In this document: positions 27,727-38,122 of the stretch, in pieces | Position numbering within the stretch: the first letter of the stretch is position 1 | Layout of the letters: each line of letters begins with the position of its first letter | Source: an uncultured Acidimicrobiia bacterium | GTDB taxonomy: Bacteria > Actinomycetota > Acidimicrobiia > Spongiisociales > Spongiisociaceae | Direction of reading: 5' to 3' | NCBI GenBank assembly: GCA_964516495.1 | Contig: CAZEZF010000001.1 | Location: forward strand, 10,041-74,040 | Length of the DNA stretch: 64,000 bases | The notes under the pieces: model-generated | Told to the model about the DNA's origin: nothing | Databases searched by the model: none | The model's input: the letters and a program-made list of their open reading frames with translations, nothing else | Position numbers and translations under genes: made by a program

Positions 27727-29205
27727 TCAACCGCCTTCCAGTGCCGCGATTAGGTCGGTTGCCTCCGGTGAGGCTTCCAGCAAGTCCTCAACCAAGGCCT
27801 TGCTTCCCCGCAGCGGTTCCATCATAGGCACGCGTTTGAGAGGTTCCTCCCCCACGTCGAACACCAAGGAGTCCCAGTTGGCGGCTACCAGCGCCTGTGC
27901 GTAACGCTTCACGCAACGACCTCTGAAGTAGGCTCGCGTGTCGGTTGGTGGTTCGGTTACGGCGTAATCAAGGTTTTCGTCGGTGAATAGGCGTTTTAAC
28001 GCACCGGCCCGCTCCAAGCGGTAGGCGAGGCCCTTGCTCGGTTCGATGTCATGGTATTGGAGGGCCGCCATGGCCAGCTTCGGGTCTTTCCAGTCGAGCC
28101 GATCACGGTTGCGAAAAGCGTTGAGCATACGCAACTTTGCGGTCCAGTCGAGCCGATCAGCGGTTTTCATCGGATCTGTCTCCAGACCTTCGAGTACGCT
28201 TTCCCACTCCTCGATCACGCTCTTCCATGCCGTATCGGGAAAATGTTGAGCAGCATATTCCGACATCCATTCGAAGTATCGGATTTGTATTTCCAGCGCG
28301 GTGGCCGAAGATCCATCCGCCATCGGCAACGCTTGTGACATGGAGATGTCATGGCTGATACGCCATGCGGCGCCGACCGGATCGGCAAGTTCCAGAGAGT
28401 CGGGTATGGCCCTGTCTTCGATTGCGGAGAGCAGGAGCGAGGTGGTTCCGAGCTTGATGAGGGTCTGCACTTCGGACATGTTGGCGTCGCCGATAATTAC
28501 ATGGAATCGTCGATACTTGGTGGGCTCGCCATGTGGCTCATCCCGGGTGTTGATGATCGGTCGTTTAAGGGTTGTCTCAAGCCCCACCTCTTCTTCGAAG
28601 AAGTCCGCCCGCTGCGTTATCTGGTAGAGGGTCGAAGGTCGGCCATTCTCTGAACCCAGTTTGCCGGAACCGGTGAATATCTGCCGGGTCACCAACCAGG
28701 TGGTGGCATAACGGATGAGGGAAGAGAACGGCAGACGGCGCGAAAGCAGGTAGTTCTCGTGGTAACCGTAGGAGTTGCCCTTACCATCACTGTTGTTCTT
28801 ATGGATGTACAGGTGTTGTCCGGGACGCAGGATGCGCCGGACAGAACGCGCCGCCGCGGCGGCGACCCTTTCCCCCGCCTTGTCGTAGAGGGCTGCCTGC
28901 CATGGATCAGAGCACTCGGGGCTCGAGTATTCGGGATGGGCGTGATCGACGTAGAAGCGGGCTCCGTTGGAAAGAACCACGTTTACCAGGCTGCTGTCCA
29001 CCTCGCCTACCCCGAACGTTTCGTGACCGAAGCCTCGGGCGTCCCGTTCCGGGGTTTCCTCATCGAATGACCACTGCACCCGCGCCTGACCACCCTGATA
29101 GGAATTGACCACCAGCGAGGAGGCGATGGTCGGGTTGAAGTCGGGCTGGTTACGGACCGTGATCCCGAACTCGGTCTCGGTGCCGATAACGCTGGGGATT
29201 GCCAT
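27727..29205 (-). CDS. dop: Pup deamidase/depupylase Dop
   Basis: Probable start MAIPSVIGTETEFGI at 29205. Its ATG overlaps the mpa stop. It is a PafA paralogue. Confidence 0.85.
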   Translation of the reverse strand: MAIPSVIGTETEFGITVRNQPDFNPTIASSLVVNSYQGGQARVQWSFDEETPERDARGFGHETFGVGEVDSSLVNVVLSNGARFYVDHAHPEYSSPECSDPWQAALYDKAGERVAAAAARSVRRILRPGQHLYIHKNNSDGKGNSYGYHENYLLSRRLPFSSLIRYATTWLVTRQIFTGSGKLGSENGRPSTLYQITQRADFFEEEVGLETTLKRPIINTRDEPHGEPTKYRRFHVIIGDANMSEVQTLIKLGTTSLLLSAIEDRAIPDSLELADPVGAAWRISHDISMSQALPMADGSSATALEIQIRYFEWMSEYAAQHFPDTAWKSVIEEWESVLEGLETDPMKTADRLDWTAKLRMLNAFRNRDRLDWKDPKLAMAALQYHDIEPSKGLAYRLERAGALKRLFTDENLDYAVTEPPTDTRAYFRGRCVKRYAQALVAANWDSLVFDVGEEPLKRVPMMEPLRGSKALVEDLLEASPEATDLIAALEGG

Positions 29206-29207
29206 TC

Positions 29208-30947
29208 CTACAAGTACTGACCGGTTCCAACCGCTTCCACGGTTCGCGATTCGTCCTCGCCCTCGATCAGGGTTCGAACGTAGACAATCCTTTCCCCCTT
29301 CTTGCCCGATATCTTTGCCCAATCGTCCGGGTTCGTGGTGTTGGGAAGATCTTCATGTTCCCGGAACTCCTGTTTGATACCCATCAGGATGTCAGTGGTC
29401 TTGATACCTCCGGGTTCACCCGCAATCTGTCGCTTGATGGCGGCCTTCTTGGCCCTGCGGACGATGTTCTCGATCATGGCGCCCGACGAGAAGTCTCGGA
29501 AGTACAACACCTCCCGGTCTCCGTTCTGGTAGGTGACTTCCAGAAAGCGGTTCTCGTCGCTACCCGAGTACATGGCGGCCACCACCCGTTCGACCATCTC
29601 CTCCACCAGTCCTTCACGGTCGCCGCCTACCCTGTCGAGGGCCTCGTAGTCAAGCGGCAGGTCCGGGTCGAGGTATATCCTGAAGATCTGTTTGGCGGCC
29701 GCGGCGTTCGGCCGGGCAATCTTGATCTTGACATCGAGTCGGCCGGGACGCAGTATCGCCGGGTCGATCAAGTCCTCCCGGTTGGAGGCCCCGATAACGA
29801 TCACGTTCTTGAGAAGCTCCACCCCGTCTAGTTCGGAAAGCAACTGGGGAACTATGGTCGACTCGACGTCGGATGAGATTCCACTACCCCGGGTGCGGAA
29901 GAGGGAGTCCATCTCGTCGAAAAAGACTATTACCGGTACGCCTTCATCCGCCTTTTCCTTGGCGCGCTGGAAGATGAGCCTTATCTGGCGTTCTGTCTCT
30001 CCGACATACTTGTTGAGCAGCTCGGGTCCCTTGATGTTAAGGAAATAAGATCGGGCGTCCTGCCGTCCGACGCGTTCCGATACCGCCTCGGCGAGACTGT
30101 TGGCTACCGCCTTGGCGATCAGGGTCTTGCCGCACCCCGGAGGTCCGTAGAGGAGGACACCCTTCGGGGCCACCAGTCCGTACTCATCGAACAGGTCGCG
30201 GTGTACATACGGGAGTTCCACCGCATCTCGGATGGCTTCGATCTGGTCTCTGAGGCCCCCCACGTCATCGTATGTGACGTCCGGTACCTCTTCGAGTACC
30301 AAGTCCTCCACCTCCGGTCGGATCAGCTTCTCGTAAGCCAATCCGGCCCGGGGATCGATGCGGATGTGGTCACCGTTCCTCAAATGGACGCCGACCAGAG
30401 GACCGGCTATTTCGACCACCTGCTCTTCATCGCCCTGGGAAAGGACGAGCAGTCGGTCGTCGCCGAGAGTCTCCTTGATTGACACGACCTGACCCAGGCG
30501 ATCGAAGTCCCGCACCTCGACAATGTTCATCGAATCGTTGACAAGTACTTGTTGCCCTCGCTGGAGTTGCTTGATCTCGATAGAGGGCTGTGCGTTGACG
30601 CGCATCCGGCGTCCACCGCTTATGACGTCTACCGTGCTGTCGCTGTTTACCGCCAGAACCGTCGCGAACGGATTAGGTGCGTTGGTGAGCTTCTCTACTT
30701 CCTCGCGCAGCAGGGACAGCTGTTCACGGGCTTCCTCCAAGAGGGCAGCCAGTTTCTCGTTGTTCCGGGTGGCCTGAGTCAGTTGACCTTTGGTCTCGGC
30801 CAAGCGCGACTCCAGCAGCCGTACCCGGCGTGGGGAGTCCTGAAGGCGCCTGCGGAGTATCGATACTTCGTCCTGGAGCGAATGCACCTGGCTTCGCATA
30901 GCGCCCAGTTGGCGCTCATATTCGTACTTTTCCCACTTATTGGGCAT
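29208..30947 (-). CDS. mpa: proteasome-associated AAA ATPase Mpa/ARC
   Basis: N-terminal coiled coil, Walker A GPPGCGKT, Walker B, C-terminal ...GQYL. Confidence 0.85.
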   Translation of the reverse strand: MPNKWEKYEYERQLGAMRSQVHSLQDEVSILRRRLQDSPRRVRLLESRLAETKGQLTQATRNNEKLAALLEEAREQLSLLREEVEKLTNAPNPFATVLAVNSDSTVDVISGGRRMRVNAQPSIEIKQLQRGQQVLVNDSMNIVEVRDFDRLGQVVSIKETLGDDRLLVLSQGDEEQVVEIAGPLVGVHLRNGDHIRIDPRAGLAYEKLIRPEVEDLVLEEVPDVTYDDVGGLRDQIEAIRDAVELPYVHRDLFDEYGLVAPKGVLLYGPPGCGKTLIAKAVANSLAEAVSERVGRQDARSYFLNIKGPELLNKYVGETERQIRLIFQRAKEKADEGVPVIVFFDEMDSLFRTRGSGISSDVESTIVPQLLSELDGVELLKNVIVIGASNREDLIDPAILRPGRLDVKIKIARPNAAAAKQIFRIYLDPDLPLDYEALDRVGGDREGLVEEMVERVVAAMYSGSDENRFLEVTYQNGDREVLYFRDFSSGAMIENIVRRAKKAAIKRQIAGEPGGIKTTDILMGIKQEFREHEDLPNTTNPDDWAKISGKKGERIVYVRTLIEGEDESRTVEAVGTGQYL

Positions 30948-31019
30948 ACCGCCATCCGGTTGGTAGCCATCGCAGTATAAGAGGATTAACCGTCTTCGCC
31001 GCGGTGTTTTCAGAGTCGT

Positions 31020-31817
31020 TCAGTTGTCGGTGGGTTGGACGCATCTTCCTACCGTCAGAAAACCGGTGTGGCCCACCATCCCGTGGTCGGGCCGTACGGA
31101 ACGACCCGTTATCCTCCAGGTGCGCAACAACACCTCGAAGGATTCCACGCTCACGAAACGGTTGGTGGATTCCATCGCCTTATGGAGTTGTTCCAACTGG
31201 GGAACGGTGGGCAGGTAACTGCAGAATACACCCCCTGAGCGGAGCGACTCGGTCACCGCGGGTATCAGTCTCCATGGTTCGGGTAGGTCCAGCACGAGGC
31301 GATCATGCGGGATCTCCGCCAGGGTTTCGCCGATGTCCCCTATTCTCAGATCGAGCCAGGCGGGAACCTCACCGAAGTATCGAACAACGTTCGACCTGCC
31401 ACGGGTGGCGTGGTCCTTCCGGATTTCGTAGGAGATGACTTCGCCGGTCGGTCCGACCGCCCGGGCCAGCGCCAGGGTGAGAGCCCCCGATCCTGTTCCA
31501 GCCTCCACGACCGTGAGGCCCGGTCGTATGTCGGCGTACATCAGCACCGGTCCCAGATCCTTCGGGTAAATGACCTGTGCTCCCCTACGCATCTTGAGGA
31601 TGTAGTCCCCGAGAAGCGGGCGGAGGGCGACCAGGGGCGAACCATTGGTCGAAAGAAAGGTGGTTCCGTCCGGGCTTCCGATCAACCGGGAGTGATCGAG
31701 GCTACCTTTGTGATAGCGGAACACTCCCGAGGCGCTGAGTTTGAGAAGGTACCTGCGGCCTCGATCATCGAGCAGCAGCGCAGGTTCCCCTTCCTCGAAT
31801 AGCGGTCCGGAAACCAT
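31020..31817 (-). CDS. trmI: tRNA (adenine58-N1)-methyltransferase TrmI/GCD14 family
   Basis: SAM-binding VVEAGTGSGALT. It is adjacent to mpa, as for mycobacterial Rv2118c. Confidence 0.75.
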   Translation of the reverse strand: MVSGPLFEEGEPALLLDDRGRRYLLKLSASGVFRYHKGSLDHSRLIGSPDGTTFLSTNGSPLVALRPLLGDYILKMRRGAQVIYPKDLGPVLMYADIRPGLTVVEAGTGSGALTLALARAVGPTGEVISYEIRKDHATRGRSNVVRYFGEVPAWLDLRIGDIGETLAEIPHDRLVLDLPEPWRLIPAVTESLRSGGVFCSYLPTVPQLEQLHKAMESTNRFVSVESFEVLLRTWRITGRSVRPDHGMVGHTGFLTVGRCVQPTDN

Positions 31818-32437
31818 TTCTCAGGTGGAACCTATCGATAGAACTCCGGCCAGCAACGTTAGGACCATGCCTGCCACCGTAAACCAGACGACAATCTGTA
31901 CCCATCTAGGAGTGCGTCTCATGAGGTCCTACTTTAGGCGAGCGCCGAGCAAACGGTGATCGGGTAGGTCCGATGCGCCCATGAGTGGCCGACTATGGAG
32001 TCGCTCGACCGGAGCGTCTCGGAAGCCGCTGACTGAGATCGTCCTTGTGGAAAAGACAGGACGGACACCGGACCCGCTACTCTCGGTAGGATGAAGTACG
32101 GGTATGGAGGAGGGATTATCAAAGGGATCGGTTATGTGCTGCGCGGGCTGGCGGCAGGTCGCAAAGTGCGTGTTCTCGTGGGAGTGGCCATGATCCTTAT
32201 CCGCCTGATGGGCCGCTCTCGACGAACCGGAATTGCTCATCTGGTGCTTGAGAAGGGCCGGAGCGCGGCCTTCCGCGTCACGGGCCCCGGTTCTGATCCG
32301 GTCAGTTTCCGTGTAGACCGGACCGACTGATCCGTTTGGCTACCGGATTATCGACCGATGTATGCGAGCGCCGAACCGGTGTCCGGAATCTTCATTTCTT
32401 GCATCGTGTGGGTCGGTGTCGTATCGGGCGGACCGAT

Positions 32438-32629
32438 CTATAGCCGATGGATCTCGATGCGGGCGCTCTTGCTTCTTCCTCGCCGTCGTCCGGCTAGATA
32501 GGCGACGGCCACCGCCGTCAGAATGCCGACAGTGGTTAAGGCGGCGGTTGATCGCACCGATTCCCCGGCCTCGGTCAAGGCTTCCTCTATCTCTCTGGCC
32601 TTGGCCTCGATGGCGTCCCGGTCGATCAT
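32438..32629 (-). CDS. small protein with C-terminal TM anchor (DUF3618-like)
   Basis: MIDRDAIEAKAREIEEALTEAGESVRSTAALTTVGILTAVAVAYLAGRRR.... The ORF-track 151-aa version has an implausible N-terminal extension that overlaps the upstream gene. Confidence 0.4.
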   Translation of the reverse strand: MIDRDAIEAKAREIEEALTEAGESVRSTAALTTVGILTAVAVAYLAGRRRGRSKSARIEIHRL

Positions 32630-32931
32630 GGAGTGGCCTTGGAGCGTGAGGCGATCTTTATGATCGTAAACCCCATAACCAGCGCCGCCGCGGCGCCGAT
32701 AATGTAGGCGAGGGCGCTCCACAGTATCTCGTCGGGTAGCAGGTCCGAGACCAGACGGAACAAGGCAATTGTCATGAGTATCCACCCTATCGCGAAGAGA
32801 ACCCCGCCCAGCAGGCTGTATCCGGCAAAGCGAGCGGTGCGTCGTAACGGGGCCAAAGCCTCCTGTTCGAGGTAGAGCTTCGACATCTCCCACAGCTCGG
32901 AGACCAGTCGGGGTATCTCACTTGTTTTCAC
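32626..32931 (-). CDS. putative actinobacterial Holin-X (holin superfamily III-like) membrane protein
   Basis: ...SEIPRLVSELWEMSKLYLEQEALAPLRRTARFAGYSLLGGVLFAIGWILMTIALF..., two TM segments. Start is set at GTG 32931. Upstream residues in the ORF track look non-coding. Confidence 0.45.
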   Translation of the reverse strand: MKTSEIPRLVSELWEMSKLYLEQEALAPLRRTARFAGYSLLGGVLFAIGWILMTIALFRLVSDLLPDEILWSALAYIIGAAAALVMGFTIIKIASRSKATP

Positions 32932-33069
32932 AGAACACCCGCGCTTAACACCGGTTGACTCATCGGATCCGCCCGGGACTCCCACAGGTTGTCCGCTGTC
33001 CGCATCCCGGCCGGTGGCCCGCCGTCCCCCTGCCGAGCAGGCTATTGGCGGCCGATCCATTTCATTACT

Positions 33070-33519
33070 CTAGCCGTCACCGAGCCGTTCGGGAGGTCGC
33101 CGGAGTTGTTTGGTCCTGGACCTTCGCCGCTTGGCCTCGATGCGCCGCCGGCGGGCGGCTCGCGACGGACGGATGGGCTTGCGGGTCGGCGGCGGCGGCT
33201 TCAGCGCATCGTCGAGCAGGGCCCGGAGTCGGCCCCGGGCGACTTGGCGATTCCTCCATTGGGATCGGTGGTCGTCCACCACCACCCGGATAGCTCCCGA
33301 ACGTATCCTGGCTTGCAGGCACCGACTGATCCGGTCCTTCTCATGATCGTTGAGGGCGGTAGACCGCAGGATGGAGAATGTAAGCCCCGCCCGGGTTCTG
33401 GACCGGTTGGCGTGCTGACCTCCCGGTCCCGAGGAGGGTCCGAAGTCCCAGCGAAGTTCCCCGGCGGGAATGACCGGTCCCCGGTCGAGCGCCAGGTCGC
33501 GTTTCGATATTTGCGCCAT
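33070..33519 (-). CDS. arfB: alternative ribosome-rescue factor ArfB (peptidyl-tRNA hydrolase with GGQ motif)
   Basis: GGQ motif in SSGPGGQHANRSRT and a basic C-terminal tail. Start MAQISKRDL at 33519. Confidence 0.75.
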   Translation of the reverse strand: MAQISKRDLALDRGPVIPAGELRWDFGPSSGPGGQHANRSRTRAGLTFSILRSTALNDHEKDRISRCLQARIRSGAIRVVVDDHRSQWRNRQVARGRLRALLDDALKPPPPTRKPIRPSRAARRRRIEAKRRRSRTKQLRRPPERLGDG

Positions 33520-33539
33520 GCCGGACCAAACTAGTCGGT

Positions 33540-34427
33540 ATGAAGAGCCGGCGTTCGAACCCCTGGATCCTGGCGGCCCGCCCGCGTACGCTGTGGGCGG
33601 CGGTGGCGCCTGTGCTGGTCGGATCCGGCTTGGCGATCGGAAGCGGGGTGTTCCGCCTGGACGCCATGGCGGCTGCGCTGGTCTGCGGGCTGGGATTCCA
33701 GGTTGCGGCGAACTTCGCCAACGACGCCTCCGATGCCCGCCGCGGCGCCGATTCCACAGCCCGGATCGGTCCCGTCCGGGCGGTGGCGTCTGGTCTTCTG
33801 GCGCCGCATCGGATATGGAAAGGCGTGTGGGCAATGTTCGGTCTGGCGTGCGCCGCCGGTCTGTACCTGGCCTATCTCACCAGTTGGTTGGTGGTGGGCT
33901 TGGGTGCGGTAGCCATCGTCGCCACCCTCACCTACACGGGTGGTCCATCCCCCTACGGTTACCGTGGTTTCGGGGAGGTGTCCGTGTTCCTGTTTTTCGG
34001 GTTGTTCGCCACCGTCGGGAGCCGTTACGCACATGATGGCGTCACTCCTTCTGAAGCCTGGGTGTTGGCTATCCCGGTAGGTTTCACGGCGACCGCCATC
34101 CTGGTGGCCAACAATGTGCGAGACATCGAGACGGACTCGGCGGTCGGCAAGAGGACCCTGGCGGTCATTCTCGGAGTGGATCGGGCGCGACTCATGTACA
34201 TGTTGCTCGTGGCTTTGACCTTTACCGTGATTGCTGTAGCGGCGGCGCTCGGTCTGGTTCCCCGGTGGAGTGCGCTGGCGCTGATAGCGCTTTTCCCGGC
34301 GGTTCCCCTGATCAAGCGCATGCGGTCGGCTCATGACGGACCATCCCTCATCAAAGTGCTGGAAGGGACGGCTCGCCTTCACCTGCTTATCGGACTCGGC
34401 CTGGCATTCGGGTCTTCCTGGGGTTGA
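33540..34427 (+). CDS. menA: 1,4-dihydroxy-2-naphthoate polyprenyltransferase (UbiA family)
   Basis: 295 aa, about 8 TM segments, UbiA Asp-rich motifs ([20 protein letters not shown]). Confidence 0.8.
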   Translation: MKSRRSNPWILAARPRTLWAAVAPVLVGSGLAIGSGVFRLDAMAAALVCGLGFQVAANFANDASDARRGADSTARIGPVRAVASGLLAPHRIWKGVWAMFGLACAAGLYLAYLTSWLVVGLGAVAIVATLTYTGGPSPYGYRGFGEVSVFLFFGLFATVGSRYAHDGVTPSEAWVLAIPVGFTATAILVANNVRDIETDSAVGKRTLAVILGVDRARLMYMLLVALTFTVIAVAAALGLVPRWSALALIALFPAVPLIKRMRSAHDGPSLIKVLEGTARLHLLIGLGLAFGSSWG

Positions 34428-35281
34428 TCGGCGAGGGAGAGGGTCCGTAGGAACTCCACTACCTCGGCGGCGATCAGATCAGGGTTTTCCATTACCACCA
34501 TATGGGTCTGTCCGGTCAGGTATGAGGTAGTCGAGTTCGGGATCCTGCCCTCCAAGGCCCGGATCGGACCTTCCAACTCGCCCGAGTAATCGGAAACCAG
34601 CAACCGGACCGGGCTCCTGAGTTCGTCGAGGCGATCAAACACTCCCGTATCGGTTCCGGCGGCGAATACGGCGGCTTCGGTTTCGGGACGGCAAGCGAGC
34701 GCAACGCCGCCGGAATCATCTCGGAAGGCGCCTTCGATGTAGGCGGCGAACGCATCCGGATGCCATCGACGGAAGAACGGTTTGGAACGGTACGAGTTAG
34801 CCGCCGATTCGAGTGAAGGAAACGTGGGACGGCGACCGGCAGCCTGTAGAGCCAGCGGGAAGTCGTAGGTTTGGCGGTATGGCGGCGGGATGATCACGGG
34901 TTCCACAAGACACATACCCCTGAGTCTTCCGGGGAGCAGGATGTCCAGCATGGCTATCGCGGTTCCGCCCATCGAGTGACCGATACCTACGATCGAACCC
35001 GGGAAGGAGAGTCGATCCACCAGGTCGGCCAGGTCGCGCCCGAATGTCCACCAGTTGACCGGGAGGTCGATCTGTTCGGCGGATCCATGACCTCGGGAGT
35101 CAACCGCGATGACGCCGGCGTCTACTCCCCTTTCCCGTAGGCGGGAGACGACGGGTCGCCACACCTCCTTGCAGAACCCGGTTGCGTGGGCGAGCAGAAG
35201 GAGAAGGTCAGGCGAACCTTCGTACCATTCGAGGGCCGGGTCATTCACCCGTTCGACCGGCGAACGGTGGGAGGTCTGCAC
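34379..35281 (-). CDS. alpha/beta hydrolase fold protein
   Basis: Nucleophile elbow GHSMGG. Confidence 0.65.
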   Translation of the reverse strand: MQTSHRSPVERVNDPALEWYEGSPDLLLLLAHATGFCKEVWRPVVSRLRERGVDAGVIAVDSRGHGSAEQIDLPVNWWTFGRDLADLVDRLSFPGSIVGIGHSMGGTAIAMLDILLPGRLRGMCLVEPVIIPPPYRQTYDFPLALQAAGRRPTFPSLESAANSYRSKPFFRRWHPDAFAAYIEGAFRDDSGGVALACRPETEAAVFAAGTDTGVFDRLDELRSPVRLLVSDYSGELEGPIRALEGRIPNSTTSYLTGQTHMVVMENPDLIAAEVVEFLRTLSLADQPQEDPNARPSPISR

Positions 35282-35320
35282 GGAAGGGGCGTAGGGGGAA
35301 CTGACCGGCGGGCCGGTCTG

Positions 35321-38023
35321 TCACGCATCGGCGCGCCAAGGTTCGACAATGTCCGGGGGGATGTCGTAGCGGTTTATGGCGGATGTGACCACCTGTGGAT
35401 CCAAGCGCCCACTCCGCGCCGACTCCGAAAGAACCGCCACCACGATATGTTGCCCGTCCACCTCGAAAAACCTTCGTAACGCTCCCCTGGTATCCGAACG
35501 ACCGAAGCCGTCGGTCCCCAAGGATGTATATGGATATGGGATCCAGCGTGACACCTGATCGGGGACGGCCCTCATGTAGTCGGTAACCGCGACGACGGGT
35601 CCGCCCACTTTCGCCAGTTGACGGGCGATCCGTGGTCGGCGAGGTTCCCGGTCGGGATGGAGGCGGTTCCACCTCTCGGTCCGGAGGGCGTTATCGCGCA
35701 GCGCTCCATAGGATGTGACGCTCCAGAGTTCGGCCCCTACCCCGTAGCGTTCGGCCAACTCGTCCCTGGCCCACCGGGCGGCTGTATGGCTGGGACCCGA
35801 GAACAGGATGGCCGCCCGTTCGTCTGTATCGGACGGGGGCGCGGAGAACCGGTACATGCCTTCGATAATCCCTTTACTAGCAGCCTGGCCAGGAATCGAC
35901 GGCTGCGGATAGGTCTCATTGTAGATGGTTATATAGAAGATGATGTCATCGCGATCAACACACATCCGGTGCAGTCCGTGCCGGATTATCGTCGCCAACT
36001 CGTAGGCGAAAGCAGGATCATAAGAGACAACCCCCGGATTGGTGGAGGCGAGGATAAGGCTGTGCCCGTCCTGGTGTTGGAGGCCCTCTCCCTCCAGTGT
36101 TGTGCGTCCGGCGGTACCTCCCATCAGGAAGCCGCGGGCTCTGGCGTCGGCGGCCTGCCATACCAGGTCTCCCACACGTTGGAATCCGAACATCGAGTAG
36201 AAGGTAAAGAACGGAACGGTCTGGACCCCCCGGTCGGCATACGAGGTGCCGGAAGCGATGAAGCTGCACATCGACCCGGCTTCGGTTATGCCCTCCTCCA
36301 GAATCTGGCCGTCCTGCGACTCCTTGTAGGAGAGCAACATCTGTGCGTCGATAGGTTCATATTTCTGGCCGGCCGACGCGTAGATCTTCAATTCCCGGAA
36401 AAGGCCGTCCATACCGAAGGTACGGGCTTCATCAGGCACGATGGGCACCATTCTCTCCCCGAAGTTCTTGTCTCTCGCCAGGCTTCTGAGGAGCCGTACA
36501 TACGCCATGGTGGTGGATACAGGGAACGATCCGGTCCCTTTGTGGAACTCCTCGTAGATGGCGGGGTCAGGAAGCCGGATGTGGCGCTTTACCTGGACCG
36601 TACGGCTGGGCAGGGCGCCTTCCAAGGCTTTACGCCGGTCCATCATGTACTGGTATTCAGGGGTGTCGACGCCGAAGCGACAGTAGGGAAGTTCCCTACC
36701 GTCCTCCAATAACTCGGCCGGGATGTCGTCTTGGAGGCTGAGCCGGTTCCGGAGGTGGCGGAATTGCTCGTTGGACATTTTCTTGATCTGGTGGGTGGCG
36801 TTACGTCCTTCGATGTCGGGGCCGAGGGTCCAACCCTTTATGGTCTTGGCGAGGATCACCGTCGGGGCGCCCACCTGCTCCGTGGCGGCTTTGTAGGCGG
36901 CGTACAGCTTCTTGTAGTCGTGACCCCCTCTGGGCAACTTCTCGAGATGGCGGTCGGAAAGGTGAGCCACCATACGTCGCAGTCTCGGGTCGGGTCCGAA
37001 GAACTCCTCCCGGATTTCAGAACCGGGAACGACCTGCAAGCGCTGGTATTCACCGTCGACGGTGGCGTTCATACGTTGTACGAGCACCCCGTCGACATCC
37101 CGGGCAAGCAGTTCATCCCAACCCCAACCCCAGATGACCTTGATCACGTTCCACCCGGCGCCGCGGAAGACCGCCTCCAACTCCTGGATGATCTTGCCGT
37201 TACCTCGAACCGGGCCGTCAAGACGCTGAAGGTTGCAATTGACCACCCAGATCAGGTTGTCGAGTTGTTCTCTGGCTGCGAGTGAAATGGAACCCAGGGT
37301 TTCCGGTTCATCGCATTCTCCGTCACCGACGAAACACCACACGCGGGACTCGCTGGTGTCGTCCAGTCGTCGGTTGTGAAGATATCGGTTGAAGCGGGCC
37401 TGGTAGATGGAGGAGATCGGTCCTAGGCCCATAGAAACCGTCGGATACTCCCAGAACTCGGGCATGAGGCGCGGATGAGGATACGACGAAAGGCCCTTCC
37501 CGGACAGTTCCCGGCGGAAGTTGTCCAGGTGTTCTCTCTCGAGGCGGCGTTCCAGGAAGGCTCTGGCGTAGATTCCCGGTGCGGCGTGACCCTGGATATA
37601 GACATGGTCGCCGGGGGTCCCGCTCGCTTTACCGCGGAAGAAGTGATTGAACCCGACTTCGTACTGCGCGGCGGAGGAGGCGAAGGTGGAAAGATGTCCG
37701 CCTATACCTTCCGCCTTCTTGTTGGCTTTGACGACCATCACGGCCGCATTCCATCTTATGAAACGCCTGATGCGTTTCTCCAGGAACTCGTCTCCGGGGA
37801 ACCAGGCCTGTTCTTCGGCCGGAATGGTGTTCACATAGGGCGTGGAGACGGTAGCCGGATATCCGATTTGAAGTTGGCGGGCGCGCTGTAATAGTGAACG
37901 AATGATAAAGTTCGCGCGCGGCTTGCCCCGTTCGTGAACAATCGACTCTAGCGAGTCGAGCCACTCCTGGGTCTCTTCGGGATCGATGTCAGGGAGCTGG
38001 TTGAAGAACCCATCGATCATCAC
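35321..38023 (-). CDS. aceE: pyruvate dehydrogenase E1 component (homodimeric type)
   Basis: 900 aa with the TPP-binding and transketolase-like domains. N-terminus MMIDGFFNQLPDIDPEETQEWLDSL is typical of AceE. Confidence 0.9.
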   Translation of the reverse strand: MMIDGFFNQLPDIDPEETQEWLDSLESIVHERGKPRANFIIRSLLQRARQLQIGYPATVSTPYVNTIPAEEQAWFPGDEFLEKRIRRFIRWNAAVMVVKANKKAEGIGGHLSTFASSAAQYEVGFNHFFRGKASGTPGDHVYIQGHAAPGIYARAFLERRLEREHLDNFRRELSGKGLSSYPHPRLMPEFWEYPTVSMGLGPISSIYQARFNRYLHNRRLDDTSESRVWCFVGDGECDEPETLGSISLAAREQLDNLIWVVNCNLQRLDGPVRGNGKIIQELEAVFRGAGWNVIKVIWGWGWDELLARDVDGVLVQRMNATVDGEYQRLQVVPGSEIREEFFGPDPRLRRMVAHLSDRHLEKLPRGGHDYKKLYAAYKAATEQVGAPTVILAKTIKGWTLGPDIEGRNATHQIKKMSNEQFRHLRNRLSLQDDIPAELLEDGRELPYCRFGVDTPEYQYMMDRRKALEGALPSRTVQVKRHIRLPDPAIYEEFHKGTGSFPVSTTMAYVRLLRSLARDKNFGERMVPIVPDEARTFGMDGLFRELKIYASAGQKYEPIDAQMLLSYKESQDGQILEEGITEAGSMCSFIASGTSYADRGVQTVPFFTFYSMFGFQRVGDLVWQAADARARGFLMGGTAGRTTLEGEGLQHQDGHSLILASTNPGVVSYDPAFAYELATIIRHGLHRMCVDRDDIIFYITIYNETYPQPSIPGQAASKGIIEGMYRFSAPPSDTDERAAILFSGPSHTAARWARDELAERYGVGAELWSVTSYGALRDNALRTERWNRLHPDREPRRPRIARQLAKVGGPVVAVTDYMRAVPDQVSRWIPYPYTSLGTDGFGRSDTRGALRRFFEVDGQHIVVAVLSESARSGRLDPQVVTSAINRYDIPPDIVEPWRADA

Positions 38024-38122
38024 GGGATGACGCCTCCTTGTCTCTCGGTCGCTCCTTACTCTATCCTTTCCGGCGGGTGATTACGGCATCTATATCTCTC
38101 CGATCTGTGGAATGGCTGTCCG

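Noticed and set aside
33531-34382. 283-aa minus-strand ORF
   Set aside because: It is fully antisense to menA (UbiA-family prenyltransferase with clear motifs). Its product is Arg/Gly-rich and typical of a high-GC antisense shadow.
35618-36712. 364-aa plus-strand ORF
   Set aside because: Embedded antisense within aceE (900-aa pyruvate dehydrogenase E1), so a shadow ORF.
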